Part shown: piece by piece, positions 1-12,200 of the stretch
How the letters are laid out: the number at the start of each line of letters is the position of its first letter
Position numbering within the stretch: position 1 is the stretch's first letter
NCBI GenBank assembly: GCA_040954595.2
Contig: CM082578.2
Coordinates: 89,640-153,639 of the forward strand
Length of the DNA: 64,000 nucleotides
Origin: Balanoglossus misakiensis
Taxonomy: Eukaryota > Animalia > Hemichordata
Direction of reading: 5' to 3'
Notes under the pieces: generated by a model
Database searches by the model: none
Told to the model about the DNA's origin: nothing
What the model saw: the letters and a program-made list of their open reading frames with translations, nothing else
Program-made: the position numbers and the translations under genes

Positions 1-459
1 AAATTGTTCATGAAAAAACATTAACAATTTCCATCCTAGCAAATTCAAAACGCCAACATCCATATGTGCCGAAATTACATATCAAATAGAAATTACAAAA
101 CAATATCTATAAATATCTCGAAACGCGAAGTCGAAAGTTTTTCAGGAAACGCGAATACAAGAATCCTTTTCTTCATGAATGTGATGATACATCCTAGACC
201 ATGCCCAGACCTCGTCCGGTCAATCATGCTGCCAAGCATGATATCCAACACATCTGTACTTCAAAGATGAGATCAAACGCTGGACGTAGTGGATAGACTG
301 GCCACTACTTGAGATCGTTGTTATTACAGCTGCTGGTAACTGCAACCATACCAATACCACTAAGTCTGTGCTTCCAGCAATGTGCACAACTTATCATATG
401 GTCTTTCTAAAACACTGGATCTGGTCTTCACCAATACTCGTCTCACCACCCCTTTCCGA

Positions 460-2647
460 TCAGGCATAACTTTGACGATTACACCCAAGGCCACGCATTT
501 GTGGAGGTGTTCTCATCCTTTTCCAATACAAATCTGACAGATACTGCACTTGCTTCCATCTGTGTACAGCATACAAGTCGTTCTTCTCCGTCACACCAGG
601 GGGTGTTGCTGCTCCCTTCATAGTAAGCAACATACTGGGTGTCAATGCTTTTAAGTCTCTAACGTCGTCCGACGATACTGTAATCTCATGCGGTCCATCT
701 GTACGACGACTTTTGTTCTTGGCACATCTCAACAATGTGTCACCCACTTTACGTATCCAGGCCACTGCTTTCTTCAGTTTATACCAACTGGAGTAGTGGT
801 CTATCATTTTCTGAACCGTCTCCTCCGCATTAACGGACATGGATCGATCCGCCCCTTTGTCAGGCGTCTGTCGTTCTCCCGAAACAACAGGTACTGTTCC
901 CAACACAACGGGTACAGTTTCTTCTTCCGACCTCAAGGCTATTCTATGCACTAGTGCAGATTTCTTCACCTCTGGATCTTCTGGATCTAGCTGTGTATTG
1001 TAGCTATCACTTGGCCATTTGTCTTGTGTCTTCCGCAAGAAATCAGGACCACCTATCCATCTTTCGTTCTTCAGAAAAGCATCTATTTTCTGACCTCTAG
1101 AGCACTCATCTGCCGGGTTGTCACTGGTATTAATGTAGCGCCAGTTCGCTGGGTCTGATCCTCCTCGAATCACTGCTAGTCTATTCGCCACGAAGGTATG
1201 AAATATTGTGGTTTTGTTGTTTATGTACCGCAGCACGGTTTTGCTATCCGTCCAAAACACGGATTCATTGATTGGCAAATCCACCTCATTTCTGAGAAGT
1301 TTGTCAAGCCTCACTGCTACAGTAGCTGCAGTTAATTCCATTCGTGGGATCGATATTTGCTTCAATGGAGCCACTCTTGCTTTGGCCATCATCAAAGTGC
1401 TGTGGATGTTTCCGCTTTTGTCGATCAACCTAAGATATGATACAGCGCCATATCCATTTTCGCTGGCATCAGCAAAGTGATGTAGCTGAGCTGTGTCTAC
1501 TTCACCAAAGTGCTCGGGCTTTATACATCTGGGTACTGCGAAACACTCTTCTAATTTCGGTAGATCCCTCAACCAATTCTCCCACACTTTGCGTTGTTTT
1601 CCAGGAATATCATCATCCCAGCCTAGTTTTGCTTTACACAGCTGCTGCAAAAGCATCTTGGGTGGCAGAAGCGCTGGTGCTGCCATGCCCAGTGGGTCGT
1701 ATAATGAACTAACCACTCCCAGAATTCCTCGTCTGGTCGCTGGTTTCTCTTTAGTACGATTTCTGAATCCGAATTCGTCAGATTCCACGTTCCACTGCAT
1801 ACCGAGTGCATGCTCCATTGGCAAGTCATCTCGCTCCAAGTCTAAGTTCTTCACCTCTATCGCCCTTTGTTCTTCAGGTATTGCTTCCAAAACTGGACGC
1901 GTATTGCTGATCCACTTTGTGAGCTTGAACCCTGATTTCTTACAGGTGTCTGTCAGCCCTTCAGCCAAAGACTTTCCTTCCATCACTGTTGATGCTGCCT
2001 TCAACATGTCATCAACGTAGAAGTTTCTAGATATGGTGTTCTTGACACTCAGATCAGAAGTATTGTCTGGAGCTTTCTTCAACGCGAAGTTTGCACAACT
2101 GGGTGACGATGTAGCCCCGAAGATGTGCACTGTCATTCGGTACTCGACAGGAGGTTCCTCTACATTACCATTAGGCCACCACAGAAAACGCTGGAAATCT
2201 CGGTTTTCTTGCGACACGCCAACTTGAGAGAACATAGCCTCTATATCTGACATCAGTGCTATCCGCTCTTCACGAAAATGTATAAGCACTCCTACAAGTG
2301 AACTGGTCAGATCCGGTCCTTGCATTAATTCCTTGTTCAAAGAAGTTCCCTTGTATTCTGCACCACAGTCGAAGACTACCCGGATTTTCTGTTTCTGTGG
2401 ATGGTATACGCCATGATGGGGAAGATACCATTTCTTTCCAGGATTGCCTTCCAATTCTTCCTGTGGCACCCTTTCAGCATAGCCTTTGTCTATAATACTT
2501 TCCATGAAGGTAGTATATTCTTGACGATAGTCATCGTTGTTTCTAAATTTCTTTCCCAACTGAGAAAGCCGATATTCTACTGCCACTTTGTTGTTTGGCA
2601 TCGTAACACCGTCATCACGAAACGGTAATGGCACCTGGTAATGACCA
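460..2647 (-). pseudogene. BEL/Pao pol fragment (RT + RNase H, integrase deleted), inverted copy
   Basis: ORF 460..2745(-) has WYLPHHGV..KIRVVFD, SDIEAMFSQV, FGATSSP, FYVDD, YDPLG, HHFADAS, IPRMELTAA, FWTDS and NPADECSRG. Its first ~33 aa are only the antisense of the spacer. Confidence 0.93.
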
Positions 2648-5448
2648 AGGTCAAATGTAGATCGAGTGGTCTTAGTGTACAAACGTACGCCTTTATTGAC
2701 AACGGCAGTGACACAGTATTCTGTACGGAAACACTTCGCCGACAACTGAACGTCGGTGGTAAGAAAACAAAGATTATGCTGAACACTATCACTGGAAGTA
2801 AATCAGCTGATAGTCGTGTTATCAAGGGTCCAGAAGTTTCAGATCTTGATGAGCATTACATCATCAAACTTCCAGCTACATATACGCAAGAGAAAATTCC
2901 TGCTTCGAAAGATCTCATCGTTACACAAGATGACATTGGCAAGTATCCTTATTTGCGTAAGGTACGCCTGCCTGAGATAGATGCGGAAATAGGCCTACTC
3001 ATCGGTGGTAACGTTCCTGAAGCGTTTGAACCATGGGAAGTGATAAACAGTAATGGAGATGGACCATTTGCCGTACGTACCCGTTTAGGCTGGTTCGTAA
3101 ATGGTTTCCTTACGGGGGCTGGCGTGTCAGAAAATGAAACTGCCGCAACAGTCTGTAGAATACAAGTTGGACCGGCGATTGATCAGCAGTTAATCAACCT
3201 CTTCAATCACGAGTTCAGCGAGCGCATCATAGATGACAAACCCGAAGATTCGGTTGAAGATAGAAAGTTCATGAAGATTGCGTACGAACAAACGCAGTTT
3301 GTTGATGGTCATTACCAGGTGCCATTACCGTTTCGTGATGACGGTGTTACGATGCCAAACAACAAAGTGGCAGTAGAATATCGGCTTTCTCAGTTGGGAA
3401 AGAAATTTAGAAACAACGATGACTATCGTCAAGAATATACTACCTTCATGGAAAGTATTATAGACAAAGGCTATGCTGAAAGGGTGCCACAGGAAGAATT
3501 GGAAGGCAATCCTGGAAAGAAATGGTATCTTCCCCATCATGGAGTATACCATCCACAGAAACAGAAAATCCGGGTAGTCTTCGACTGTGGTGCAGAATAC
3601 AAGGGAACTTCTTTGAACAAGGAATTAATGCAAGGACCGGATCTGACCAGTTCACTTGTAGGAGTGCTTATACGTTTTCGTGAAGAGCGGATAGCACTGA
3701 TGTCAGATATAGAGGCTATGTTCTCTCAAGTTGGCGTGTCGCAAGAAAACCGAGATTTCCAGCGTTTTCTGTGGTGGCCTAATGGTAATGTAGAGGAACC
3801 TCCTGTCGAGTACCGAATGACAGTGCACATCTTCGGGGCTACATCGTCACCCAGTTGTGCAAACTTCGCGTTGAAGAATGCTTCAGACAATACTTCTGAT
3901 CTGAGTGTCAAGAACACCATATCTAGAAACTTCTACGTTGATGACATGTTGAAGGCAGCATCAACAGTGATGGAAGGAAAGTCTTTGGCTGAAGGGCTGA
4001 CAGACACCTGTAAGAAATCAGGGTTCAAGCTCACAAAGTGGATCAGCAATACGCGTCCAGTTTTGGAAGCAATACCTGAAGAACAAAGGGCGATAGAGGT
4101 GAAGAACTTAGACTTGGAGCGAGATGACTTGCCAATGGAGCATGCACTCGGTATGCAGTGGAACGTGGAATCTGACGAATTCGGATTCAGAAATCGTACT
4201 AAAGAGAAACCAGCGACCAGACGAGGAATTCTAGGAGTGGTTAGTTCATTATACGACCCACTGGGCATGGCAGCACCAGCGCTTCTGCCACCCAAGATGC
4301 TTTTGCAGCAGCTGTGTAAAGCAAAACTAGGCTGGGATGATGATATTCCTGGAAAACAACGCAAAGTGTGGGAGAATTGGTTGAGGGATCTACCGAAATT
4401 AGAAGAGTGTTTCGCAGTACCCAGATGTATAAAGCCCGAGCACTTTGGTGAAGTAGACACAGCTCAGCTACATCACTTTGCTGATGCCAGCGAAAATGGA
4501 TATGGCGCTGTATCATATCTTAGGTTGATCGACAAAAGCGGAAACATCCACAGCACTTTGATGATGGCCAAAGCAAGAGTGGCTCCATTGAAGCAAATAT
4601 CGATCCCACGAATGGAATTAACTGCAGCTACTGTAGCAGTGAGGCTTGACAAACTTCTCAGAAAGGAGATGGATTTGCCAATCAATGAATCCGTGTTTTG
4701 GACGGATAGCAAAACCGTGCTGCGGTACATAAACAACGAAACCACAAGATTTCATACCTTCGTGGCGAATAGACTAGCAGTGATTCGAGGAGGATCAGAC
4801 CCAGCGAACTGGCGCTACATTAATACCAGTGACAACCCGGCAGATGCTTTTCTGAAGAACGAAAGATGGATAGGTGGTCCTGATTTCTTGCGGAAGACAC
4901 AAGACAAATGGCCAAGTGATAGCTACAATACACAGCTAGATCCAGAAGATCCAGAGGTGAAGAAATCTGCACTAGTGCATAGAATAGCCTTGAGGTCGGA
5001 AGAAGAAACTGTACCCGTTGTGTTGGGAACAGTACCTGTTGTTTCGGGAGAACGACAGACGCCTGACAAAGGGGCGGATCGATCCATGTCCGTTAATGCG
5101 GAGGAGACGGTTCAGAAAATGATAGACCATTACTCCAGTTGGTATAAACTGAAGAAAGCAGTGGCCTGGATACGTAAAGTGGGTGACACATTGTTGAGAT
5201 GTGCCAAGAACAAAAGTCGTCGTACAGATGGACCGCATGAGATTACAGTATCGTCGGACGACGTTAGAGACTTAAAAGCATTGACACCCAGTATGTTGCT
5301 TACTATGAAGGGAGCAGCAACACCCCCTGGTGTGACGGAGAAGAACGACTTGTATGCTGTACACAGATGGAAGCAAGTGCAGTATCTGTCAGATTTGTAT
5401 TGGAAAAGGATGAGAACACCTCCAGAAATGCGTGGCCTTTGGGTGTAA
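2641..5448 (+). pseudogene. BEL/Pao LTR retrotransposon pol: aspartic protease, reverse transcriptase, RNase H; gag absent, integrase core deleted
   Basis: Protease motif YAFIDNGSD and IGLLIG; RT FYVDD; Pao-type RNase H FADAS/PRMEL/WTDS/NPAD. After LKKAVAWI the protein jumps to SDDVRDLKALTPSMLL (end of the integrase core) with no HHCC or DDE region. The ATG at 2641 is created by the fold-back junction. Confidence 0.93.
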
Positions 5449-5567
5449 TCGTCAAAGTTATGCCTGATCGGAAAGGGGTGGTGAGACGAGTATTGGTGAA
5501 GACCAGATCCAGTGTTTTAGAAAGACCATATGATAAGTTGTGCACATTGCTGGAAGCACAGACTTAG
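5406..5567 (+). pseudogene. Frameshifted C-terminal tail of BEL/Pao integrase (DUF5641-like)
   Basis: KDENTSRNAWPLGVIVKVMPDRKGVVRRVLVKT..RPYDKLCTLLE matches the typical BEL/Pao pol C-terminus (WPLG..V..G.VR..VKT..RP..KL). It lies in another frame immediately after RWKQVQYLSDLYWKR, indicating a second internal deletion. Confidence 0.82.
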
Positions 5568-5926
5568 TGGTATTGGTATGGTTGCAGTTACCAGCAGCTG
5601 TAATAACAACGATCTCAAGTAGTGGCCAGTCTATCCACTACGTCCAGCGTTTGATCTCATCTTTGAAGTACAGATGTGTTGGATATCATGCTTGGCAGCA
5701 TGATTGACCGGACGAGGTCTGGGCATGGTCAAGGATGTATCATCACATTCATGAAGAAAAGGATTCTTGTATTCGCGTTTCCTGAAAAACTTTCGACTTC
5801 GCGTTTCGAGATATTTATAGATATTGTTTTGTAATTTCTATTTGATATGTAATTTCGGCACATATGGATGTTGGCGTTTTGAATTTGCTAGGATGGAAAT
5901 TGTTAATGTTTTTTCATGAACAATTT

Positions 5927-5935
5927 GGGGGCTGG
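5927..5935 (+). promoter_or_regulatory. Polypurine tract (plus-strand primer) of the BEL/Pao element
   Basis: GGGGGCTGG lies immediately 5' of the TGTAA LTR start. Confidence 0.7.
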
Positions 5936-6322
5936 TGTAAGGACGCCCAGTTCTTAGAGAAACTGAAATATTTAGTCTAGCGCCCTCGCGCTGTGAGTAC
6001 ATTAGCGCATGCGCTTTTGTTTAGAAAATATCTGGAAAATTCCATGGCGCACATGTGAGGACTTTTGCACAGTTAGCCTGGGGATTTTTGCCAGTTTTCT
6101 ACGGAAACTTCAACCACCGCGACGCATCATCCAGTGCCGGTGTTGTATGTTCAGTCATTAAATGTTCGTGTAAAGTTCCGAGCAGCGTTTTCTGTGACAT
6201 CTGACAAGGAATGTTCGTCGGCGATGGTGAGCTCCAGTTAGTTAACGGCAAATACTATAGAACCCTGTGGCCTTTGATGTGAATTAGGGCGCCATTTGAG
6301 ACGGCACATCGAGGTTACTACA
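5936..6322 (+). mobile_element. 3' LTR of BEL/Pao element (387 bp)
   Basis: Starts TGTA after the PPT and ends TACA (TG...CA termini). Contains ATTAAA at ~6157. Satellite sequence CTGGTAACGTTGAACAAG begins directly afterwards. No second LTR is in the window to confirm the boundaries. Confidence 0.82.
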
Positions 6323-7509
6323 CTGGTAACGTTGAACAAGTCGATTTTTCTAGGGCCTGGCTCGGCTAAATCTCCGTCACAATATGACAGACACTAGCGT
6401 ACGTTAGCAACGGTGATCAAGTCAGATTTTCTACGGCATGGCTTGGATAAAGCCCCGGCACTCTAGAGCAGAAACACGCGTACAGAGACCAGGTTGATCA
6501 AGTCTGATCTCCTACGGCTTGGCTCGACGGAAACCCCGGCACACTATGACAGACACTAGCGTTCGTTAGCAACGTTGATCAAGTCAGATTTCCTACGGCA
6601 TGGCTTGGCTAAAGCCCTGGCACTGTAGAGCAGAAACATGCGTACAGAGACCACGTTGATCTACTCACATTTCCTTCGGCCTGGCACGGCTGATGCCCCG
6701 GCACTATATATAGGACACAGACTGGCGTAAGTTAACAACGGTAATCACGTCGGGTTTCCTACGGCCTGGCTCAGCTGAAGCCCCGGCACTCTAGAGCAGA
6801 AACAGGCGTACATTGACCACGTTGATCAAGTCAGATTTCCTACGGCGTGACTCGGCTGGTGCACCGGCTCTATATGACACAGACTGGCGTAAGTTATCAA
6901 CGGTGATTACGTCGGATTTCCTACGGCCTGGTTTAGCTGAAGCCCCGGCACTTTAGAGCGGAAACACGCGTACATTGACCACGATGATCAAGTCAGATCT
7001 CCTACGGCCTGGCTCGACTAAAACCCCGGCACACCATGACAGACACTAGCGTTCGTTAGCAACGGTGATCAAGTCGGATTTCCTTCGGCCTGGCTCTGCA
7101 AAAGACCCGACACTCTAGTACAAAGACGTTGGCTAAGTCGGGCAAACCGAAGAGGGAAAGTCACAGCGGGTCAACACTCGACATTTGGTCGGGTAGGACT
7201 GCATTATTGCCTGTCAATTTATAGAGAAAGCCCGAATTTAACCAGGGCGTTCCAAACACCGACGTTAGTTGGGGGCACGGCCTGCAGTACTACCGGGTAA
7301 GCTGACATCGGCGTACCGCATATAATGTAAGGGGGGGGGGGGGGACAGAACGGTTCAATACTACATTTATTAGATATCAGCTAATTTTGGACAATCATCT
7401 AAAATCTAAATCATTTTTTCATATTTGGATATCTGATGATGTATGAAATTTCCATTATATGTAAAAATGGTGCTTATTATAAAACATGCACTCTGAATGA
7501 ACTGATTTA

Positions 7510-8180
7510 ATACAAGATTGCGTTTTATTCGTTTTTGCACCAAAAAGGTCATTTTTAGGCAAAACATTCTTTATATTTTTAATTCGGTGACCTGATCATA
7601 TATAAACAATTGCTTGTATGTTAAAAGTTTTTATGACTTTTAAAAGCAGTGACACTGGCGGCATTCATCACGAAAATAACAATTTTAGCCACAATTTGGT
7701 CAAAATGGTAAATTTTTGAAAATTACAAAAAATACCTGTTTTCTACATTTTCGGAAATCTGATGGAGTATAGAATGCTCTTCGTATGTATATATCGATAC
7801 AAATTCCACAAAAGACCGTCTAATTTGGCTCACTGCAGACAAAATTGCGTTTTACCAAATTTTCCTTGAAAATGTCATTTTTAGAAAAAAAAATAAAAAA
7901 ACCTTTGTTCTTCGAATTTGGTGCCCTGATCATATATGACATGTTGATTGTATGTTAAAACTCTCGACCACTCCAAAAATGCAGAGATATTGACGGAATT
8001 CAAGAAAAATAGCCATTTTGGCCATATTTTGACAAAAATGGTAAATTTTTGAAAAATCATAAAAAATTAACTCTTTTCTTCATTTTCGGAAATATTATGG
8101 AGCATGAAGTGTCGTTCTCTTGCAAAAAGTGCTGCAAATTCCAGAAAAGGCGGTATAATTTGAATCACCCAAGACAAAAT
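7510..8180. repeat. AT-rich diverged ~335-bp dimer inside each unit (representative)
   Basis: CCTGATCATATAT..TTGTATGTTAAAA at ~7591 and ~7925; AAAATGGTAAATTTTTGAAAA..CATTTTCGGAAAT..ATGGAG at ~7702 and ~8035; ATTGCGTTTTA at ~7517 and ~7844. Confidence 0.85.
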
Positions 8181-8307
8181 TACCATTTTCAACTTTTTTT
8201 CGAAAAATTGTCTTTTTTTACAAAATAAATAAGAATAAATTCTTTTCTTAGTTTCAAACGGGTAGAGATACTTTCCACACGGGTTTTCTAACATTGAATT
8301 CCCGTTC

Positions 8308-9200
8308 ATCAACTCAGATTTCCTACAGCATAAGTCGGCTAAAACCCTGACACTCTAGAGCAGAAACAGTTGCACACTGGTAACGTTGAACAAGTCGATT
8401 TTTCTACGACCTGGCTCGGCTAAATCTCCGTCACAATATGACAGACACTAGCGTACGTTACCAACGTTGATCAAGTCAGATTTTCTACGGCATGGCTTGG
8501 ATAAAGCCCCGGCACTCTAGAGCAGAAACACGCGTACAGAGACCACGTTGATCAAGTCTGATCTCCTACGGCTTGGCTCGACTAAAACCCCGGCACACTA
8601 TGACAGACACTAGCGTTCGTTAGCAACTTTGATCAAGTCAGATTTCCTACGGCATGGCTTAACTAAAGCCCTGGCACTCTAGAGCAGAAACACGCGTACA
8701 GAGACCACGTTGATCTTCTCACATTTCCTTCGGCCTGGCACGGCTGATGCCCCGGCACTATATATAGGACACAGACTGGCGTAAGTTAACAACGGTAATC
8801 ACGTCGGGTTTTCTTACGGCCTGGCTCAGCTGAAGCCCCGGCACTCTAGAGCAGAAACAGGCGTACATTGACCACGTTGATCAAGTCAGATTTCCTACGG
8901 CGTGACTCGGCTGGTGCACCGGCTCTATATGACACATACTGGCGTAAGTTATCAACGGTGATTACGTCGGATTTCCTACGGCCTGGTTTAGCTGAAGCCC
9001 CGGCACTTTAGAGCGGAAACACGCGTACATTGACCACGATGATCAAGTCAGATCTCCTACGGCCTGGCTCGACTAAAACCCCGGCACACCATGACAGACA
9101 CTAGCGTTCGTTAGCAACGGTGATCAAGTCGGATTTCCTTCGGCCTGGCTCTGTAAAAGACCCGACACTCTAGTACAAAGACGTTGGCTAAGTCGGGCAA
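8308..9200. repeat. GC/CpG-rich 81-bp subrepeat block (representative; ~11 copies per unit, organised as 162-bp dimers)
   Basis: Core GATCAAGTCAGATTTCCTACGGC recurs every 81 bp (e.g. 6415, 6496, 6577, 6658; one 85-bp copy with extra TATA). Tails alternate between CTCTAGAGCAGAAAC and TATGACA(GACACTAGCG/CAGACTGGCG). Confidence 0.95.
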
Positions 9201-12200
9201 ACCGAACAGGGAAAGTCACAGCGGGTCAACACTCGACATTTGTTCCGGTAGGACTGCATTATTGCCTGTCAATTTATAGAGAAAGCCCGAATTTAACCAG
9301 GGCGTTTCAAACACCGACGTTAGTTGGGGGCACGGCCTGCAGTACTGCCGGGTAAGCTGACATCAGCGTACCGCATATAATGTAGGGGGGGGGGGACAGA
9401 ACGGTTAAATACTACATTTATCAGATATCAGCTAATTTTGGACAATCATCTAAAATGTAAATCATCTTTTCATATTTGGATATCTGATGATGTATGACAT
9501 TTCCATTATATGTAAAAATGGTGCTGATTATAAAAATGCACTCTGAATGAGCTGATTTAATGCAAAATTGCGTTTTATTCGTTTTTGCACCAAAAAGGTC
9601 ATTTTTAGGCAAAACATTCTTTATTTTTTTAATTCGGTGACCTGATCATATATAAACAATTGCTTGTATGTTAAAAGTTTTTATGACTTTTAAAAGCAGT
9701 GACACTGGCGGCATTCAACACGAAAATAACAATTTTAGCCACAATTTGGTCAAAATGGTAAATTTTTGAAAATTACAAAAAATACCTGTTTTCTACATTT
9801 TCGGAAATCTGATGGAGTATAGAATGCTCTTCGTACGTATATATCGATACAAATTCCACAAAAGACCGTCTAATTTGGCTCACTGCAGACAAAATTGCGT
9901 TTTACAAAATTTTCCTTGAAAATGTCATTTTTAGAAAAAAAAAATAAAAAAACCTTTTATCTTCGAATTTGGTGCCCTGATCATATATGACATGTTGATT
10001 GTATGTTAAAACTTTCGACCACTCCAAAAATGCAGAGATATTGACGGAATTCAAGAAAAAATAGCCATTTTGGCCATATTTTGACAAAAATGGTAAATTT
10101 TTAAAAAATCATAAAAAATTAACTCTTTTCTTCATTTTCGGAAATATTATGGAGCATGAAGTGTCGTTCTCTTGTAAAAAGTGCTGCAAATTCCAGAAAA
10201 GGCGGTATAATTTGAATCACCCAAGACAAAATTACCATTTTCGACTTTTTTTCGAAAAATTGTCTTTTTTACAAAATAAATAAGAATTAATTCTTTTCTT
10301 AGTTTCAAACGGGTAGAGATACTTTCCACACGGGTTTTCTAACATTGAATTCCCGTTCATCAACTCAGATTTCCTACAGCATAAGTCGGCTAAAACCCTG
10401 AGACTTTAGAGCAGAAACAGTTGCACACTGGTAACGTTGAACAAGTCGATTTTTCTACGGCCTGGCTCGGCTAAATCTCTGTCACAATATGACAGACACT
10501 ATCGTACGTTAGCAACGGTGATCAAGTCAGATTTTCAACGGCATGGGTTGGATAAAGCCCCGGCACTCTAGAGCAGAAACACGCGTACAGAGACCACGTT
10601 GATCAAGTCTGATCTCCTACGGCTTGGCTCGACTAAAACCCCGGCACACTATGACAGACACTAGCGTTCGTTAGCAACGTTGATCAAGTCAGATTTCCTA
10701 CGGCATGGCTTTGCTAAAGCCCTGACACTCTAGAGCAGAAACACGCGTACAGAGACCACGTTGATCTACTCACATTTCCTTCGGCCTGGCACGGCTGATG
10801 CCCCGGCACTATATATAGGACACAGACTGGCGTAAGTTAACAACGGTAATCACGTCGGGTTTCCTACGGCCTGGCTCAGCTGAAGCCCCGGCACTCTAGA
10901 GCAGAAACAGGCGTACATTGACCACGTTGATCAAGTCAGATTTCCTACGGCGTGACTCGGCTGGTGCACCGGCTCTATATGACACAGACTGGCGTAAGTT
11001 ATCAACGGTGATTACGTCGGATTTCCTACGGCCTGGTTTAGCTGAAGCCCCGGCACTTTAGAGCGGAAACACGCGTACATTGACCACGATGATCAAGTCA
11101 GATCTCCTACGGCCTGGCTCGACTAAAACCCCGGCACACCATGACAGACACTAGCGTTCGTTAGCAACGGTGATCAAGTCGGATTTCCTTCGGCCTGGCT
11201 CTGCAAAAGACCCGACACTCTAGTACAAAGACGTTGGCTAAGTCGGGCAAACCGAACAGGGAAAGTCACAGCGGGTCAACACTCGACATTTGTTCCGGTA
11301 GGACTGCTTTATTGCCTGTCAATTTATAGAGAAAGCCCGAATTTAACCAGGGCGTTTCAAACACCGACGTTAGTTGGGGGCACGGCCTGCAGTACTGCCG
11401 GGTAAGCTGACATCAGCGTACCGCATATAATGTAGGGGGGGGGGGGGAACAGAACGGTTAAATACTATATTTATCAGATATCAGCTAATTTTGGACAATC
11501 ATCTAAAATGTAAATCATCTTTTCATATTTGGATATCTGATGATGTATGAAATTTCCAATATATGTAAAAATGGTGCTGATTATAAAAAATGCACTCTGA
11601 ATGAGCTGATTTAATACAAAATTGCGTTTTATTCGTTTTTGCACCAAAAAGGTCATTTTTAGGCAAAACATTCTTTATTTTTTTAATTCGGTGACCTGAT
11701 CATATATAAGCAATTGCTTGCATGTTAAAAGTTTTTATGACTTTTAAAAGCAGTGACACTGGCGGCATTCAACACGAAAATAACAATTTTAACCACAATT
11801 TGGTCAAAATGGTAAATTTTTGAAAATTACAAAAAATACCTGTTTACTACATTTTCGGAAATCTGATGGAGTATAGAATGCTCTTCGTATATATATATCG
11901 ACACAAATTCCACAAAAGACCGTCTAATTTGGCTCACTGCAGACAAAATTGCGTTTTACCAAATTTTCCTTGAAAATGTCATTTTTAGAAAAATAAAATA
12001 AAAAAACCTTCGTTCTTCGAATTTGGTGCCCTGATCATATATGATATGTTGATTGTATGTTAAAACTTTCGACCACTCCAAAAATGCAGAGATATTGACG
12101 GAATTCAAGAAAAAATAGCCATTTTGGCCATATTTTGACAAAATGGTACATTTTTAAAAAATCATAAAAAATAAACTCTTTTCTTCATTTTCGGAAATAT

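Larger units (their letters stand above)
1..5926. repeat. Large inverted duplication (fold-back): arms 1-2647 and 3306-5926, spacer 2648-3305
   Basis: Base 1 AAATTGTTCATGAAAAAAC is the reverse complement of 5908-5926. The match ends at 2647/3306 (GGCACCTGGTAATGACCA vs TGGTCATTACCAGGTGCC). The 26-bp arm length difference is explained by a 27-bp deletion and a 1-bp insertion in the right arm. The ORF track is mirrored across the two arms. Confidence 0.97.

Noticed and set aside
688-5545. Short ORFs antisense or out of frame to the BEL/Pao pol
   Set aside because: Shadow frames of pol, duplicated only because of the inverted repeat.
9345-9445. Possible spliced-leader or snRNA gene per unit (GG|GTAAG plus Sm-like AATTTTGG; U2-like words GATCAAGT, TTGGCTAAG)
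   Set aside because: Matches are short and not collinear with U2. A variable poly-G separates the donor and Sm-like site, and variant C mutates the Sm-like site (AGTTTTGG). An Infernal/Rfam scan would be decisive.
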